Shown here: piece after piece, positions 27,834 through 37,329 of the stretch
How positions within the stretch are numbered: position 1 is the stretch's first letter
How the letters are laid out: each line of letters opens with the position of its first letter
NCBI GenBank assembly: GCA_041694885.1
Contig: JBGFRX010000007.1
Span: 1 to 43,030 of the forward strand
From: Candidatus Micrarchaeota archaeon
GTDB taxonomy: Archaea > Micrarchaeota > Micrarchaeia > Anstonellales > Bilamarchaeaceae
Reading direction: 5' to 3'
DNA: 43,030 nucleotides
Program-made: the position numbers and the translations under genes
The notes under the pieces: model-generated
Told to the model about the DNA's origin: nothing
What the model saw: the letters and a program-made list of their open reading frames with translations, nothing else
Databases searched by the model: none

Positions 27834-28223
27834 TCAGCTCTCATCCTTCAAATACCCTATAAGGTACTCCCCCTGCATCTCGTCCGCAAAGGAGGAGTGC
27901 GGATAGCCACCTCCTTTAGTGAGGAATCCTTCCGTGCCGTCTTTCCCGCACTACAATACATACAGTTTTGAATGCTCGTCATGCTTCAGGAAAATGCTCA
28001 GGTCCAGGATCTTTCCCCCGTTTGCCATCCAGCAGTTCCCGCTTTCGTTGCGCAGCGCCACTTCGGCCAAAGTGATGTTTCTCGGCCCAATGGTGCCTTC
28101 CGCGGTCTTGTTCAGCAAGGACGCGTTCGCAGTTACATTGCTCGCAGCGGCGATCTTAAGGCAGCCCGCCAAGAGCAATGCTGCTCAAAGCAGCGCAACC
28201 GCAAACTTCGAGGTGTTCTTCAA
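27834..28223 (-). pseudogene. Cytochrome b5-like heme-binding lipoprotein pseudogene
   Basis: One frame reads LKNTSKFAVALL*AALLLAGC...ITLAEVA...NCWM..GGKILDL...YVL*CGKDGTEGF...HSSFA..M..YLIGYL, with in-frame TGA (28185-28187) and TAG (27951-27953). Confidence 0.75.
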
Positions 28224-28247
28224 GCAGAGGATGGAGCGATTACTTAT

Positions 28248-29438
28248 TTATATCTTCCGGGCCGCTTCTCTGAAAAGCTCCGCACTCCTTCCAACAACGT
28301 TTTTCTCGAAAAGGAGCTCCTGCGCTTTTCTTATCCTCTCTATAGTCGGTTGCATATAGGATTCGTCGCTTTTTTCCAGCTGTTCAAGCACATACCACGG
28401 CTTGTTCCATTCAAGAATTTCAGCAGCGCGTTTCAAATGCCAAATTCCGTTTTCAGCATTGCCACACTTAAGACCGCGATAGGCATATCTCAATTCGTTC
28501 TTCGCTTCTTTTTCTATTCCGTTGCGCTTCAATTTCTGCCCTATTTCAACGAGCCGGGCGAGCGCTCCATGAAAATCAGTTTTAATAAGCGCTATCAGCC
28601 CGCCTATTTTTCGCACGTTTTCCTCATCCTTTTTCCATAGCTTCGGTGCGGCGTATTGAAATTTCTCTATGAAATCCGCCCAGCGATTCAGGGCATTCGC
28701 GAGCGCATTGTCTCTTTCCATCCTCAAAGAGCATTCCCTCAATTTGTTGTACGCCATTATCCTTGCGACCTGGCCGTCCCTCCATGTGCCATATCGGTTC
28801 CTGAAAGCCACGAGTTTTGAGCACGCAGCGGCGATCATCGCTTCTTTTTGAAACCCATAAAGATATTTTGCCGGCTCCAGATATTCATATATTTCCTCGA
28901 TTTTGAATCTTCCGAGTTTCTTCACCGCTGCCTTGTCAAGAGACATTTCCCCGACCAGGGCGTCCAAACGATTCTCAAGCGACTCTATGTGGGCGCGGGT
29001 GATTTTCGCCTCCCTTGTCGCAAGTTCTGCGTTTATCCTTTCCACTTTCCCGAGAATCTCGTCCCTTTTTTCAAACTCTTTTTCATACCTCTCGCGGACA
29101 TGCTTCACGCTCCTAAGCGCCCTGAAAATGTCGGTCTTAAGCGTAATCTTCCTGCGCGGTATTTTCGCTCCCTCCACGAACGTTTCGTCTATCTTTCCGC
29201 TTTCCTCCCTCCTGTACGTTATTTCGGCGCGCATGCCGGAGAGCCGTATTTTCAGATAGTTCACAGGTCGCGTAATGAGCGGCTGGCCGTTTTCGTCCTT
29301 GCCGATGCAGGGCGGGCCTGGAAGCCGGCCAAGCACTGCCGAAATATTCCCTCCGTCGTCAAGAAGCACAAACCGTTTTTCCTTTCTTTCGCCCGCCATA
29401 TTTTCCGCAAGCGTTCGTACTGCAACCGTGGTTTTCAT
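28248..29438 (-). CDS. Hypothetical helical protein
   Basis: About 396-aa charged ORF; no recognised motif. Confidence 0.65.
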   Translation of the reverse strand: MKTTVAVRTLAENMAGERKEKRFVLLDDGGNISAVLGRLPGPPCIGKDENGQPLITRPVNYLKIRLSGMRAEITYRREESGKIDETFVEGAKIPRRKITLKTDIFRALRSVKHVRERYEKEFEKRDEILGKVERINAELATREAKITRAHIESLENRLDALVGEMSLDKAAVKKLGRFKIEEIYEYLEPAKYLYGFQKEAMIAAACSKLVAFRNRYGTWRDGQVARIMAYNKLRECSLRMERDNALANALNRWADFIEKFQYAAPKLWKKDEENVRKIGGLIALIKTDFHGALARLVEIGQKLKRNGIEKEAKNELRYAYRGLKCGNAENGIWHLKRAAEILEWNKPWYVLEQLEKSDESYMQPTIERIRKAQELLFEKNVVGRSAELFREAARKI

Positions 29439-29566
29439 GTTATAAAACATGAATTTTGGGGCTTATAAAGCTTGGCGTGATTTCCCAAATTAAGTTTCTC
29501 TCGTGTGGACAAGCAATAAAAACCTGCTGCGTGACATCCATTCAGATAAATCTGCGAGTGAAATTC

Positions 29567-30547
29567 ATGCTCGACATAAAGAAGATAACCGATCAGAAAC
29601 ATATCCTGCTCGACGCCACGCTCTCGCTCGCAATAGTCGCGGCAATTTTCTATTTCATAGGAATAGACAATATATTGCGGGAGTTCGGCAGCATAAATTA
29701 TTTCTACCTTTTCCTTTCCATAATATTCCTTCTCCTTATGTACATGGGAATGACGTTCCGGCTCAGCATGATACTTTCCGAGCTCGGCGCAAAGGTGAAG
29801 TTCTTCGAAATATTCAAGCTCCACGTGGTTGGGATGCTTCTCGCTGACTTCACTCCTGCGAGGACCGGCTATCTCGCAGTCGCCTACGGCCTTACAAAGA
29901 AGCACAACGTTCCTGAGGAAAAAAGCATAGTGGCGGTGTTAGGCCCCCAGATATACGACTTCATCACGAAAGTGATAGCTGGCAGCATAGGGATGTTCTA
30001 CCTGATGAAGACTTACCTCAAGATAGACAGCGGCGAGGTCCTGTTCGCCGGCTCCCTCATAATGGCAAGCATGATAACGGTGATGGCGCTCCTGCTTTTC
30101 TCGAAAAAGTTCCTCTCGTTCTTTTCATTCGCAAGAAGAATTCCGCTTGCGGACAGGATAATCTCGATGTTCGGAAAAGCCCAGAAAAATTCGGACATAA
30201 TCATTCGCCGTTTTCCTGCGCTGTTCCTCATTCTTCTCTTTACGTGGAGCGCAAAGGCGATCTCCTGGTATTTCGTTGCAAAGGCACTTGGGATAACCCT
30301 GGATACGGAATTTCCGGAAGTGCTTGCGTACTTCTTCCTCCAACCTCTCCTCACTATGCTTGAGTTCATCCCTTCCCCGACGCTCGCTGGCTTGGGACTG
30401 AGCGAAGGCGGCGGAGTGCTCATATTCTCTGTATTCGGAATAGACGCAGCGAAAGCAGCGTCGTTCATTTTCCTCGCAAGAGTGAAGACGACAGTGGTGA
30501 ACCTTCCGGCAACAAAGGAGGCGCTTTCATTGGTAAAGTCGCATTGA
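29567..30547 (+). CDS. Lysylphosphatidylglycerol synthase TM / UPF0104 flippase-like membrane protein
   Basis: Multi-TM; FTPARTG and IPSPT..GLGLSEG motifs. Confidence 0.8.
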   Translation: MLDIKKITDQKHILLDATLSLAIVAAIFYFIGIDNILREFGSINYFYLFLSIIFLLLMYMGMTFRLSMILSELGAKVKFFEIFKLHVVGMLLADFTPARTGYLAVAYGLTKKHNVPEEKSIVAVLGPQIYDFITKVIAGSIGMFYLMKTYLKIDSGEVLFAGSLIMASMITVMALLLFSKKFLSFFSFARRIPLADRIISMFGKAQKNSDIIIRRFPALFLILLFTWSAKAISWYFVAKALGITLDTEFPEVLAYFFLQPLLTMLEFIPSPTLAGLGLSEGGGVLIFSVFGIDAAKAASFIFLARVKTTVVNLPATKEALSLVKSH

Positions 30548-30559
30548 AAAATTCTGCCG

Positions 30560-31183
30560 CTATAAGCGAATGGCAAAAGTCGTCCTGTATAACCGTTTTC
30601 CCTGCTTCTGCCCTGCCAAGGTAGTGCTTATCTTATAGGTGAGCCCAAGCCCCTTTATTACGGAAAGAACTGCCTTGGTACTTCCTACGTAAAGGTCGAG
30701 CCCGTCTTTCCCCTCTGCAATCCTGCTTATGAAAGTGCCTTCCCCTTCCAGTTCTTTTTCGAAAATGCGCGCATATTTTTCAATTCGCCTTTTTTCTCCT
30801 CTGAGTTGGATTATCGCCTCGAAATAGCCCCCGGATCGCCTGTTGCAGGAAGAGCAGATTGTGGACACAAGCCCGAAATTAACTTCTTTTTCAATTTCTA
30901 TTTTAGCGCCGTCGCGCTCAATTGCGAATTTCGCCTTCCTTTCCCGGGGAGAAAAATCCACTGAGGTATATTCGCCCCTGAATTTGCCTTTCGCATAATC
31001 GGAAATTTTCTTTTCCGAGAAGGAAATCCATTCGCCCCTCATTTTCATTTTTCCGCAGCGCTTGCATTGTTCAATCCCTATTCTGCCAGGAATCTGGAGC
31101 CGGAATTTGTAGCAGTCGATGCAGAAAGGACCCACGAATTTTTTCATCCCTTCAGAAGCGCCGCATTTGGGGCAGATGTGCAT
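30560..31183 (-). CDS. nmd3: NMD3-related protein
   Basis: CPKCG...FCIDC, CKRCG, CSSC...GGYFEAIIQLRG and GLDLY motifs. Confidence 0.88.
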   Translation of the reverse strand: MHICPKCGASEGMKKFVGPFCIDCYKFRLQIPGRIGIEQCKRCGKMKMRGEWISFSEKKISDYAKGKFRGEYTSVDFSPRERKAKFAIERDGAKIEIEKEVNFGLVSTICSSCNRRSGGYFEAIIQLRGEKRRIEKYARIFEKELEGEGTFISRIAEGKDGLDLYVGSTKAVLSVIKGLGLTYKISTTLAGQKQGKRLYRTTFAIRL

Positions 31184-31234
31184 GCCAGAATAAGGTCCAA
31201 TATGCTTTATATTGATATATGAGAATTTATTCCT

Positions 31235-31414
31235 ATGGCCGACACGGACTTCGAGGATATAGAAGAGTTTTCAGCCAATTCCGAAGTACGGCTGATAGCG
31301 CTCGAGTTGATGAAGATCGCGGCAAGGAAAAGGAGGAGTTTTTCGCGCGTGGCCCGCGAATACATAAGGAACGTCTATTTGCTTAAGTGCATGCTTGAAA
31401 ATCAAAAGGAGTAA
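31235..31414 (+). CDS. Small protein, 59 aa (MADTDFEDIEEFSANSEVRLIALELMKIAA...), absent from the ORF track
   Basis: TATA tttatat about 25 bp upstream; stop lies 4 bp before the next ATG. Confidence 0.65.
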   Translation: MADTDFEDIEEFSANSEVRLIALELMKIAARKRRSFSRVAREYIRNVYLLKCMLENQKE

Positions 31415-31418
31415 AAAC

Positions 31419-33185
31419 ATGAGCGGCATAAAAAAAGCAGTAAATCTCACAAATGCATTCATATCCCTACCCAAGGCGCATTATCTTCTTTCCTCCATGC
31501 TCCTTATAGGAGTGTTGTTCGGCGTCCTTGCTTCATTGGTCTTAGGAAAGGCCGCGCCTGAAAACATCTTCCAGGGCGCGCTCGAAGGCCTCTTTCTGCT
31601 CTCCATTCCAGCGATATTTACTTCGCTGCTGATAAAACTAATGATACGAAAAATACCGTTCAGGCGCATTTTGGCTGCCTCGCTCGTGAGTCAGATGATA
31701 TATGCGTTTGCCTATCTCACGTACCTGCTTCTTCTCAATACGTCCTTCCAATATAAGGAGACGGTAATATTCTTGGCCGCTTCGCTCGCATTCGCGATAT
31801 GGTTCATAATCGCGCGGTTCGTGTTCATACTCAAGTGGAGGGCATTCCTTTTCGCCTCGTTCCAGGTGCTGATATACGGGATATTCCTGCTGGGCGGAAG
31901 CACCATAGCGGTCTCTGGCGACCCATTCGCGATAATCGCCAAATTCTTCGTCGTCTCAGCGGTATTTCTCGGTTTTGTTTACCTTTTCTTCCTCATAATA
32001 AACGCTCCTATGAAGAGGAATTTCGGGCTCAACACTTTGGACGCGGTCTCGCTTTTCCTCGCGCACTGGTTCTACGAATCCAAGAACATAGAAGACGAGT
32101 TCGAGCGCGTGGGTGAAGAGGTGGAAACCCTTCTCTCCGCTTTCATCTTCAAAAGGAAAAAGGATACCATTGCGTTCGTGACCCCTTACGTGCACTACGG
32201 GCCCTTCGGCTCGCTTGGAGGAAGCAATTTTTCGCATCTTATCGCAGAGGAACTGAAAAAGAGATATGGCTTGAGCGCCTTCATTTTCCACGGAACAGTC
32301 ACGCACGACCTGAATCCTGTTGCCTCGGACGAGCTGGAAAAAATAGTCGCTGCTTTCGATTTGGGCTATGAAAGGTGCAGATTTTCCAAATCCAAAGTTG
32401 CGCTTTCGAGAGGGTTTTCCAACGAGTGCTTCGCCGAATCCCTCATATTCGGTAATTCTGCGTTTGTGGGCATTTCGCGCGCTCCCCACACCACGGAAGA
32501 TGTAAACTTCGGCCTGGGGCTTGCCATAATGTCCGAGGCAGAAAAGCACATTCCAATGGTCTCTGCAATAGACCAGCACAACGCGGAAACCGGGGATATA
32601 ACCAGTTTCGAGCCAGGAAGCGGAGTGGGCTTCGATTACATGCGCGCCGTCTCCCAATCGCTTTCGAAAAAATACAAGAGCGCGGATTTGAAAATAGGAA
32701 TTTCTCAGAGGCAGGTGGAAATCCCCCAGCTCGGGCTCGCAGGCATAAAAATCGCGGCATTTTCAACCAATCCAACTTACGTTCTTGTCCTTATCGACTC
32801 CAATGGAGTAAAGTCCGAAGTGCGCGAAAAAATAATTTCAGAAATAAAAGAAACCGGAAGGGAAAAGAAAATGAATCTCGAAGCAGGGGTGTTCACCACG
32901 GACACGCATTCGCTGAATAATGTGCGCGGCGTCCTGAACCCCATAGAAAACACAAGTGCCCTTCTGGATGCGATAATGGAAGGGGTGCACGAAGCGCTCG
33001 GTGATATGCAGCCAGCCTCCTTCTCCTCGTTCAAGAACAATTTCAAAATCCACGTTCTGGGCGCGAGGCAGAGCATAGAAATCGTTTCCACGGTGAATGC
33101 AGTAGTCGCGGTCGCGAAGATAGCAGCGCCCCTTATAATAATTGGCTCGATAATATCTATTTTGTGGATAGTCACGAAAATTTAG
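31419..33185 (+). CDS. DUF2070-family membrane protein
   Basis: N-terminal TMs; HYGPFG.LGGS, FHG...HD.NP, DQHNA, DSN and TTDTH motifs. Confidence 0.8.
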   Translation: MSGIKKAVNLTNAFISLPKAHYLLSSMLLIGVLFGVLASLVLGKAAPENIFQGALEGLFLLSIPAIFTSLLIKLMIRKIPFRRILAASLVSQMIYAFAYLTYLLLLNTSFQYKETVIFLAASLAFAIWFIIARFVFILKWRAFLFASFQVLIYGIFLLGGSTIAVSGDPFAIIAKFFVVSAVFLGFVYLFFLIINAPMKRNFGLNTLDAVSLFLAHWFYESKNIEDEFERVGEEVETLLSAFIFKRKKDTIAFVTPYVHYGPFGSLGGSNFSHLIAEELKKRYGLSAFIFHGTVTHDLNPVASDELEKIVAAFDLGYERCRFSKSKVALSRGFSNECFAESLIFGNSAFVGISRAPHTTEDVNFGLGLAIMSEAEKHIPMVSAIDQHNAETGDITSFEPGSGVGFDYMRAVSQSLSKKYKSADLKIGISQRQVEIPQLGLAGIKIAAFSTNPTYVLVLIDSNGVKSEVREKIISEIKETGREKKMNLEAGVFTTDTHSLNNVRGVLNPIENTSALLDAIMEGVHEALGDMQPASFSSFKNNFKIHVLGARQSIEIVSTVNAVVAVAKIAAPLIIIGSIISILWIVTKI

Positions 33186-33194
33186 GTCGTTGAA

Positions 33195-34265
33195 ATGGAC
33201 CTCGAACGAAAAATAGAACTCGTGTGCAGGCCCCCTGTAGAGGAGGTTGTCACGCGCGAGGACCTGAAGGAAATTTTTGAAAATTATGAACACCCACGCC
33301 ACTATATCGGCTTCGAGATTTCCGGAAAAGTACACATCGGCTCCGGTTTGATGACTGCGCTCAAAATCCGCGACTTCCTGGAAGCTGGTGTGAAACCCAC
33401 AATCTGGCTGGCGGATTATCACGCATGGATAAACGGAAAATTAGGCGAGGATTTGGAGAAAATTCAATCAGTTGCAGAGGGCTATTTCAAGCACGCATTC
33501 ATATCTTTGGGGCTTACGGAAGACAAGGTGGACTACTTTCTCGCGAGCAAGGTCTATGATGACGAGTACTGGAAAACCGTACTGAATGTTGCGCGCAGCA
33601 CCACCATTGCCCGTGTCCTTCGCACGGTCACCATAATGGGAAGGAAGGAAACCGAGGCAACGAGCGCTGCCTCGATTTTCTACCCTGCTATGCAGGTAGC
33701 TGACATAAGGAAATTGGACGTACAGATTGCGCACGCAGGGATGGACCAGAGGAAGGTGCACATGCTTGCAAGGGAGATCTTCCCAAAATTGGGCTACAGG
33801 AAATTCGCAGCAGTGCATGCCCATCTCCTGCCTGGCTCGCAGGGCCCTGAGAAGATGAATTTTGCGGACAAAGGCGAAATGGAGATAGAAGGGAAAATGA
33901 GCAAGTCCAGGTCCTCTTCCGCGATATTCATCCATGATCCTGAGGAAGAGATAAAATCGAAAATAGGGAAGGCATTCTGCCCTGAAAAGAGCGTGGAAGG
34001 GAATCCGCTTATAGAGTATGCGCAGTATTTGTGCATGCGCGAAAAGCCCTTAAAAGTGGAAAGGCCTGCGAAATTCGGAGGGGATGCGGAATTCGCAACA
34101 ATAGAGGAATTGAAAAAGAACTATGCAGAAGGAAAACTCCATCCAATGGATTTGAAAAATGCAGTTGCGGACGAACTGACGAAAGTGCTGAAGCCCTCGC
34201 GCGACTATTTCGCCAGGCATCCTGAATACATTGAGCAGATAAATGCGGTTTCCATTACGAGGTAG
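33195..34265 (+). CDS. tyrS: Tyrosyl-tRNA synthetase, archaeal type
   Basis: YIGFEISGKVHIG, YPAMQVAD, GMDQRKVH, KMSKS and LHPMDLK motifs. Confidence 0.95.
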   Translation: MDLERKIELVCRPPVEEVVTREDLKEIFENYEHPRHYIGFEISGKVHIGSGLMTALKIRDFLEAGVKPTIWLADYHAWINGKLGEDLEKIQSVAEGYFKHAFISLGLTEDKVDYFLASKVYDDEYWKTVLNVARSTTIARVLRTVTIMGRKETEATSAASIFYPAMQVADIRKLDVQIAHAGMDQRKVHMLAREIFPKLGYRKFAAVHAHLLPGSQGPEKMNFADKGEMEIEGKMSKSRSSSAIFIHDPEEEIKSKIGKAFCPEKSVEGNPLIEYAQYLCMREKPLKVERPAKFGGDAEFATIEELKKNYAEGKLHPMDLKNAVADELTKVLKPSRDYFARHPEYIEQINAVSITR

Positions 34266-34272
34266 TCCTTTT

Positions 34273-34653
34273 ATGGGCAAAATTTCCGTGCTGAAAAAAC
34301 AATTCGCAGTGCTGAAGGGCAACAAAAAGATAGTGGCGGTTATTTTTTTCGGTTCATGGGCGCGCAGAGAGCAAAAGCCGCTTTCCGACATTGACGTTTG
34401 CGTTATTCCTTCAAAAGGCGTGACGCTGGACGAGCTGATGGCAGCAGTGCCCCTTGTTGAGGCAAGTGTTTCTTATTTCTACAATCTTCCGCTCCACGTG
34501 CGAAAAAGCGTCCTTGAAGAAGGCAAACCGCTCCTGGTGAACGATTTTGCTGCATTTGCCGAAGCAAAGACGCGCACAGTCATCGAATATCTGGATTTCA
34601 ATCCGGTGCGCGAGCGCATGATAAAATCCATGCTTGCAAAGGGCGTTTTCTGA
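34273..34653 (+). CDS. Minimal nucleotidyltransferase (MNT/MntA-type antitoxin)
   Basis: FFGSWAR....LSDIDVCV (GSX10DXD); directly upstream of the HEPN gene. Confidence 0.85.
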   Translation: MGKISVLKKQFAVLKGNKKIVAVIFFGSWARREQKPLSDIDVCVIPSKGVTLDELMAAVPLVEASVSYFYNLPLHVRKSVLEEGKPLLVNDFAAFAEAKTRTVIEYLDFNPVRERMIKSMLAKGVF

Positions 34654-35037
34654 TGATAATATTGGAGCGTATCGCGCTGATAAAAAAACTATTTCGCCGA
34701 CTTTGAGCGCATCGAAGGAGAAAAGGAAGGCAAGACGAAATTCTACGCGAAGTCGATGCTGATATTTTCGATAATCAATTCCGCGCTCTCCCTCGCGGAA
34801 GGCGTAATAAACGCGAAAAATCTCGGCATCCCGGGCAACTATGCCGACATATTCGAGATGCTGAAGCAGAATAAAATAATTTCGGACGGCCTTTGCGGAG
34901 AGATGAAGACGCTTATAAAGCTGCAGAACCTTCTCGCTCACGAATACGAGACGTTCGACGAGAGGCAAATCGCCAAACTGAGCGCGAAGGTATATTACGT
35001 AAAGGAATTCGTGAAGATCGCGGCAGCAATCAAATAA
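34653..35037 (+). pseudogene. HepT/DUF86 HEPN toxin, frameshifted
   Basis: ATG overlaps the MNT stop (TGATG). The frame breaks at an A7 run (34682-34688). The downstream frame has P..YADIF..L and LQNLLAHEY. Confidence 0.75.
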
Positions 35038-35224
35038 AATGGTTTTTTCGCCCCTGCCGCCCGCTCAGAGGTGGTCTGAATGCCTAAGGAAGTTGACAAA
35101 ATTCTGTCAATTGCTAGAGAAGATTTTGGAGAAAGGGCTGGAGAAAATTCTTACGACCCCATAGAGTGAAATTACGTGAGTTATCAACAGTTTACAATAG
35201 CTTTATAAATATTTCGTTAATAAA

Positions 35225-36380
35225 TGATAACTCATGACAACTTACGACAAAACACCGTATTTCCCGCAGGATCCGGTAGACCCAAAATACTTCGTGGGAA
35301 GAGAGGAACTTTTGGCAAACATAAAAAGCGCTTTCTCAGGTTCGATAAATGGCCGTGCTACAAACATGGCCATATACGGGGAGAGAGGAATGGGCAAAAC
35401 TTCCCTTCTTATGAAAATAAAATCTTCAGCTCCTGAAGGGTGTTTTTGCACCTATGTTGCACTATCTGAAGAAACCAATCAGGCGGCCTTTGTTGAAAAA
35501 CTTCTTCAGCGGGCTGATCTGGACTACCGGGAAAGCCTGCCATTGCATAGAAGAATAATCCAAAAAGCAAAAGAAATACCAGGACAAATAGAGAGCTTCA
35601 GCTTGTTTGACATCACCGTATCTTTGAGAAAAAACGACATGGCACCTGAGATAGCATTTTTAGAGGCAATAATGAAACTGAAGAACAAGGGTTTTAAGGC
35701 AGTATATATTTTATTAGATGAGGCGGATCTCCTGACTACTGAAACCATAGCTTTGATAAGAAATGCAATACAGGAGCTTAGGGCCAGTTATCAGTTCCCT
35801 ATTGGGATTATCGTAGCAGGAAAGCAAAAATTGACTAACCGACTAGGAGGTAAATGGTCACCGATATCACGGTTCTTTGCTTTGGCACAATATGAGCTCA
35901 AGCCTCTTACGAAAGATGAGGTTTATGCTGCCTTAACCAGCCCTCATGTTAGCTGGGCAAGAGACGCTGCGGGAGTTGTTTTTGAAAAGAGCGAAGGCTA
36001 CCCCACAGTTGTCCAGTTGTATGGTGCTATTTGCTATTTGAATAGGCAAGATGGCAAAGTTACCAGCAAGATCGCTGCAGTTGCAACAAAAGAGGTCAAA
36101 AGGGAACTTTGGACGTGGTTCCAGAATGGCTGGAAAGGAATGCCATCAGATTTGGAAACCCAATGCGCATTGATAGTTGCCGAAAATAAAGGCAAGGCTA
36201 CGTTTAGCGAAGTAAAAAAACTTATGAAGAAAAACCCCGGTACGAATCTCAAAAGGGCTGTTGAGAAGCACATTCTTTCGCAGGATGAAAAAGGAGTTTA
36301 TACGCTTCCGCATCCGCTTATCGCGGAAGTGTTTTTGGAGTATGCCAGCGGGAAACTATTATAGTTATCATGAGTTATCA
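35225..36380. repeat. 18-bp inverted repeats (35225-35242 and 36363-36380) bracketing the ATPase gene, plus a half-site at 35177-35186
   Basis: tgataactcatgacaact versus the reverse complement of agttatcatgagttatca (tgataactcatgataact), 17/18. Confidence 0.85.
35234..36364 (+). CDS. Archaeal AAA+/STAND-like ATPase with a probable C-terminal winged helix
   Basis: FVGREE, YGERGMGKTS, ILLDEAD, LKPL and SEGYP motifs; C-terminus ATFSEVKK...GVYTLPHPL. Confidence 0.85.
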   Translation: MTTYDKTPYFPQDPVDPKYFVGREELLANIKSAFSGSINGRATNMAIYGERGMGKTSLLMKIKSSAPEGCFCTYVALSEETNQAAFVEKLLQRADLDYRESLPLHRRIIQKAKEIPGQIESFSLFDITVSLRKNDMAPEIAFLEAIMKLKNKGFKAVYILLDEADLLTTETIALIRNAIQELRASYQFPIGIIVAGKQKLTNRLGGKWSPISRFFALAQYELKPLTKDEVYAALTSPHVSWARDAAGVVFEKSEGYPTVVQLYGAICYLNRQDGKVTSKIAAVATKEVKRELWTWFQNGWKGMPSDLETQCALIVAENKGKATFSEVKKLMKKNPGTNLKRAVEKHILSQDEKGVYTLPHPLIAEVFLEYASGKLL

Positions 36381-36462
36381 GAATCTGGCAGTTTTTTGTT
36401 AACTGGCGATAATTGTCGATAATTCTAGCTGCATTAGAGGGAGCATTCAGAGCAGGAATAAA

Positions 36463-36536
36463 CGCCCCTGCCGGGATTCGAACCCGGATCCCGGCCTCCG
36501 GAGGGCCGCGTCTTGTCCAGGTTGGACTACAGGGGC
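36463..36536 (-). tRNA. tRNA-Arg(CCG)
   Basis: GCCCCTG/CAGGGGC acceptor, CGGCC-CTCCGGA-GGCCG anticodon arm, TTCGAAT T-loop. Confidence 0.95.
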
Positions 36537-36573
36537 AAAACAATCTTCGGTTTCGCGTTTTGAGTTCAGGGAA

Positions 36574-37284
36574 TCAAAGTAATTCAACGAACTCTCTTAT
36601 TATTGCGTTCACTTCCTTCTCCTTCCTGGCCATCATATCCGCTACTTCGGAATACGAAAGCAGCTTCCTTGAAGTTCCGGACGCGTGATTCGTCCCTATG
36701 CACAATCCAGCAAGTGGAATCTCCAATTCGTGCAGAAGCGTCGCCTCGTATGCGTTTGTCATGCTTACGAGGTTAGCGCCCATTTTTTTCAGTACATTTA
36801 CCTCCGCTTTCGTCTCGAATCTCGGACCGTGGGTCGTTGCAACAATCCCGCCGCCCTTCAGCCCCACGCCCGCATTTTTCGCAGCGGAAAAAAGTTTCAG
36901 CCGCATCCCATTTGCAAACGGTTCAGAGAAATCGAAGTGCTTTATCCCTTCCCCGAAATCGTCGTAAAAAGTTATAGGCGCGCTGAAACCGATAAAGTCT
37001 TCTGCTGCAATGAGTTGCCCTGGCCTGTAACCGGAAATTATCCCGCACGCGTAAGTCGCAAGCACTCCCTCCACCCCCATCGTTTTAAGGGCCCAGACGT
37101 TCGCCCTATAATTGATTTTGTGTGGCGGGTAGCGGTGATCCTTTCCATGCCTCGGGATGAAAATGCATTCGTTTCCGTATATTTTCCCTTCGTATGCCAG
37201 GGCAAAGCCGTAGGGAGTGCTCACGTCCAGCTCCCTGAATTTCCCTGGCGGGCATATTCCGGTTCCTCCTATTATTCCGAGCAT
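36574..37284 (-). CDS. MTAP-family purine nucleoside phosphorylase
   Basis: GIIGGTG, TPYG, PRHG..H.YPPH.INYRAN.WAL, GPRFET.AE and MT..YEA motifs. Confidence 0.9.
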   Translation of the reverse strand: MLGIIGGTGICPPGKFRELDVSTPYGFALAYEGKIYGNECIFIPRHGKDHRYPPHKINYRANVWALKTMGVEGVLATYACGIISGYRPGQLIAAEDFIGFSAPITFYDDFGEGIKHFDFSEPFANGMRLKLFSAAKNAGVGLKGGGIVATTHGPRFETKAEVNVLKKMGANLVSMTNAYEATLLHELEIPLAGLCIGTNHASGTSRKLLSYSEVADMMARKEKEVNAIIREFVELL

Positions 37285-37329
37285 ACAAGGACCACCTGAG
37301 TGTTTTCTGTTTTGGGTTCCGAGTTTAGT

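Noticed and set aside
27834..28223. Stop-codon recoding (Sec/Pyl or alternative genetic code)
   Set aside because: Two different stops plus a degenerate heme motif, and TGA and TAG end many intact genes here. A pseudogene is the simpler reading.
35080..35169. 29-codon ORF MPKEVDKILSIAREDF...
   Set aside because: Has an SD-like GAGGTGG but is too short to assign; probably a gene remnant, so not called as a CDS.
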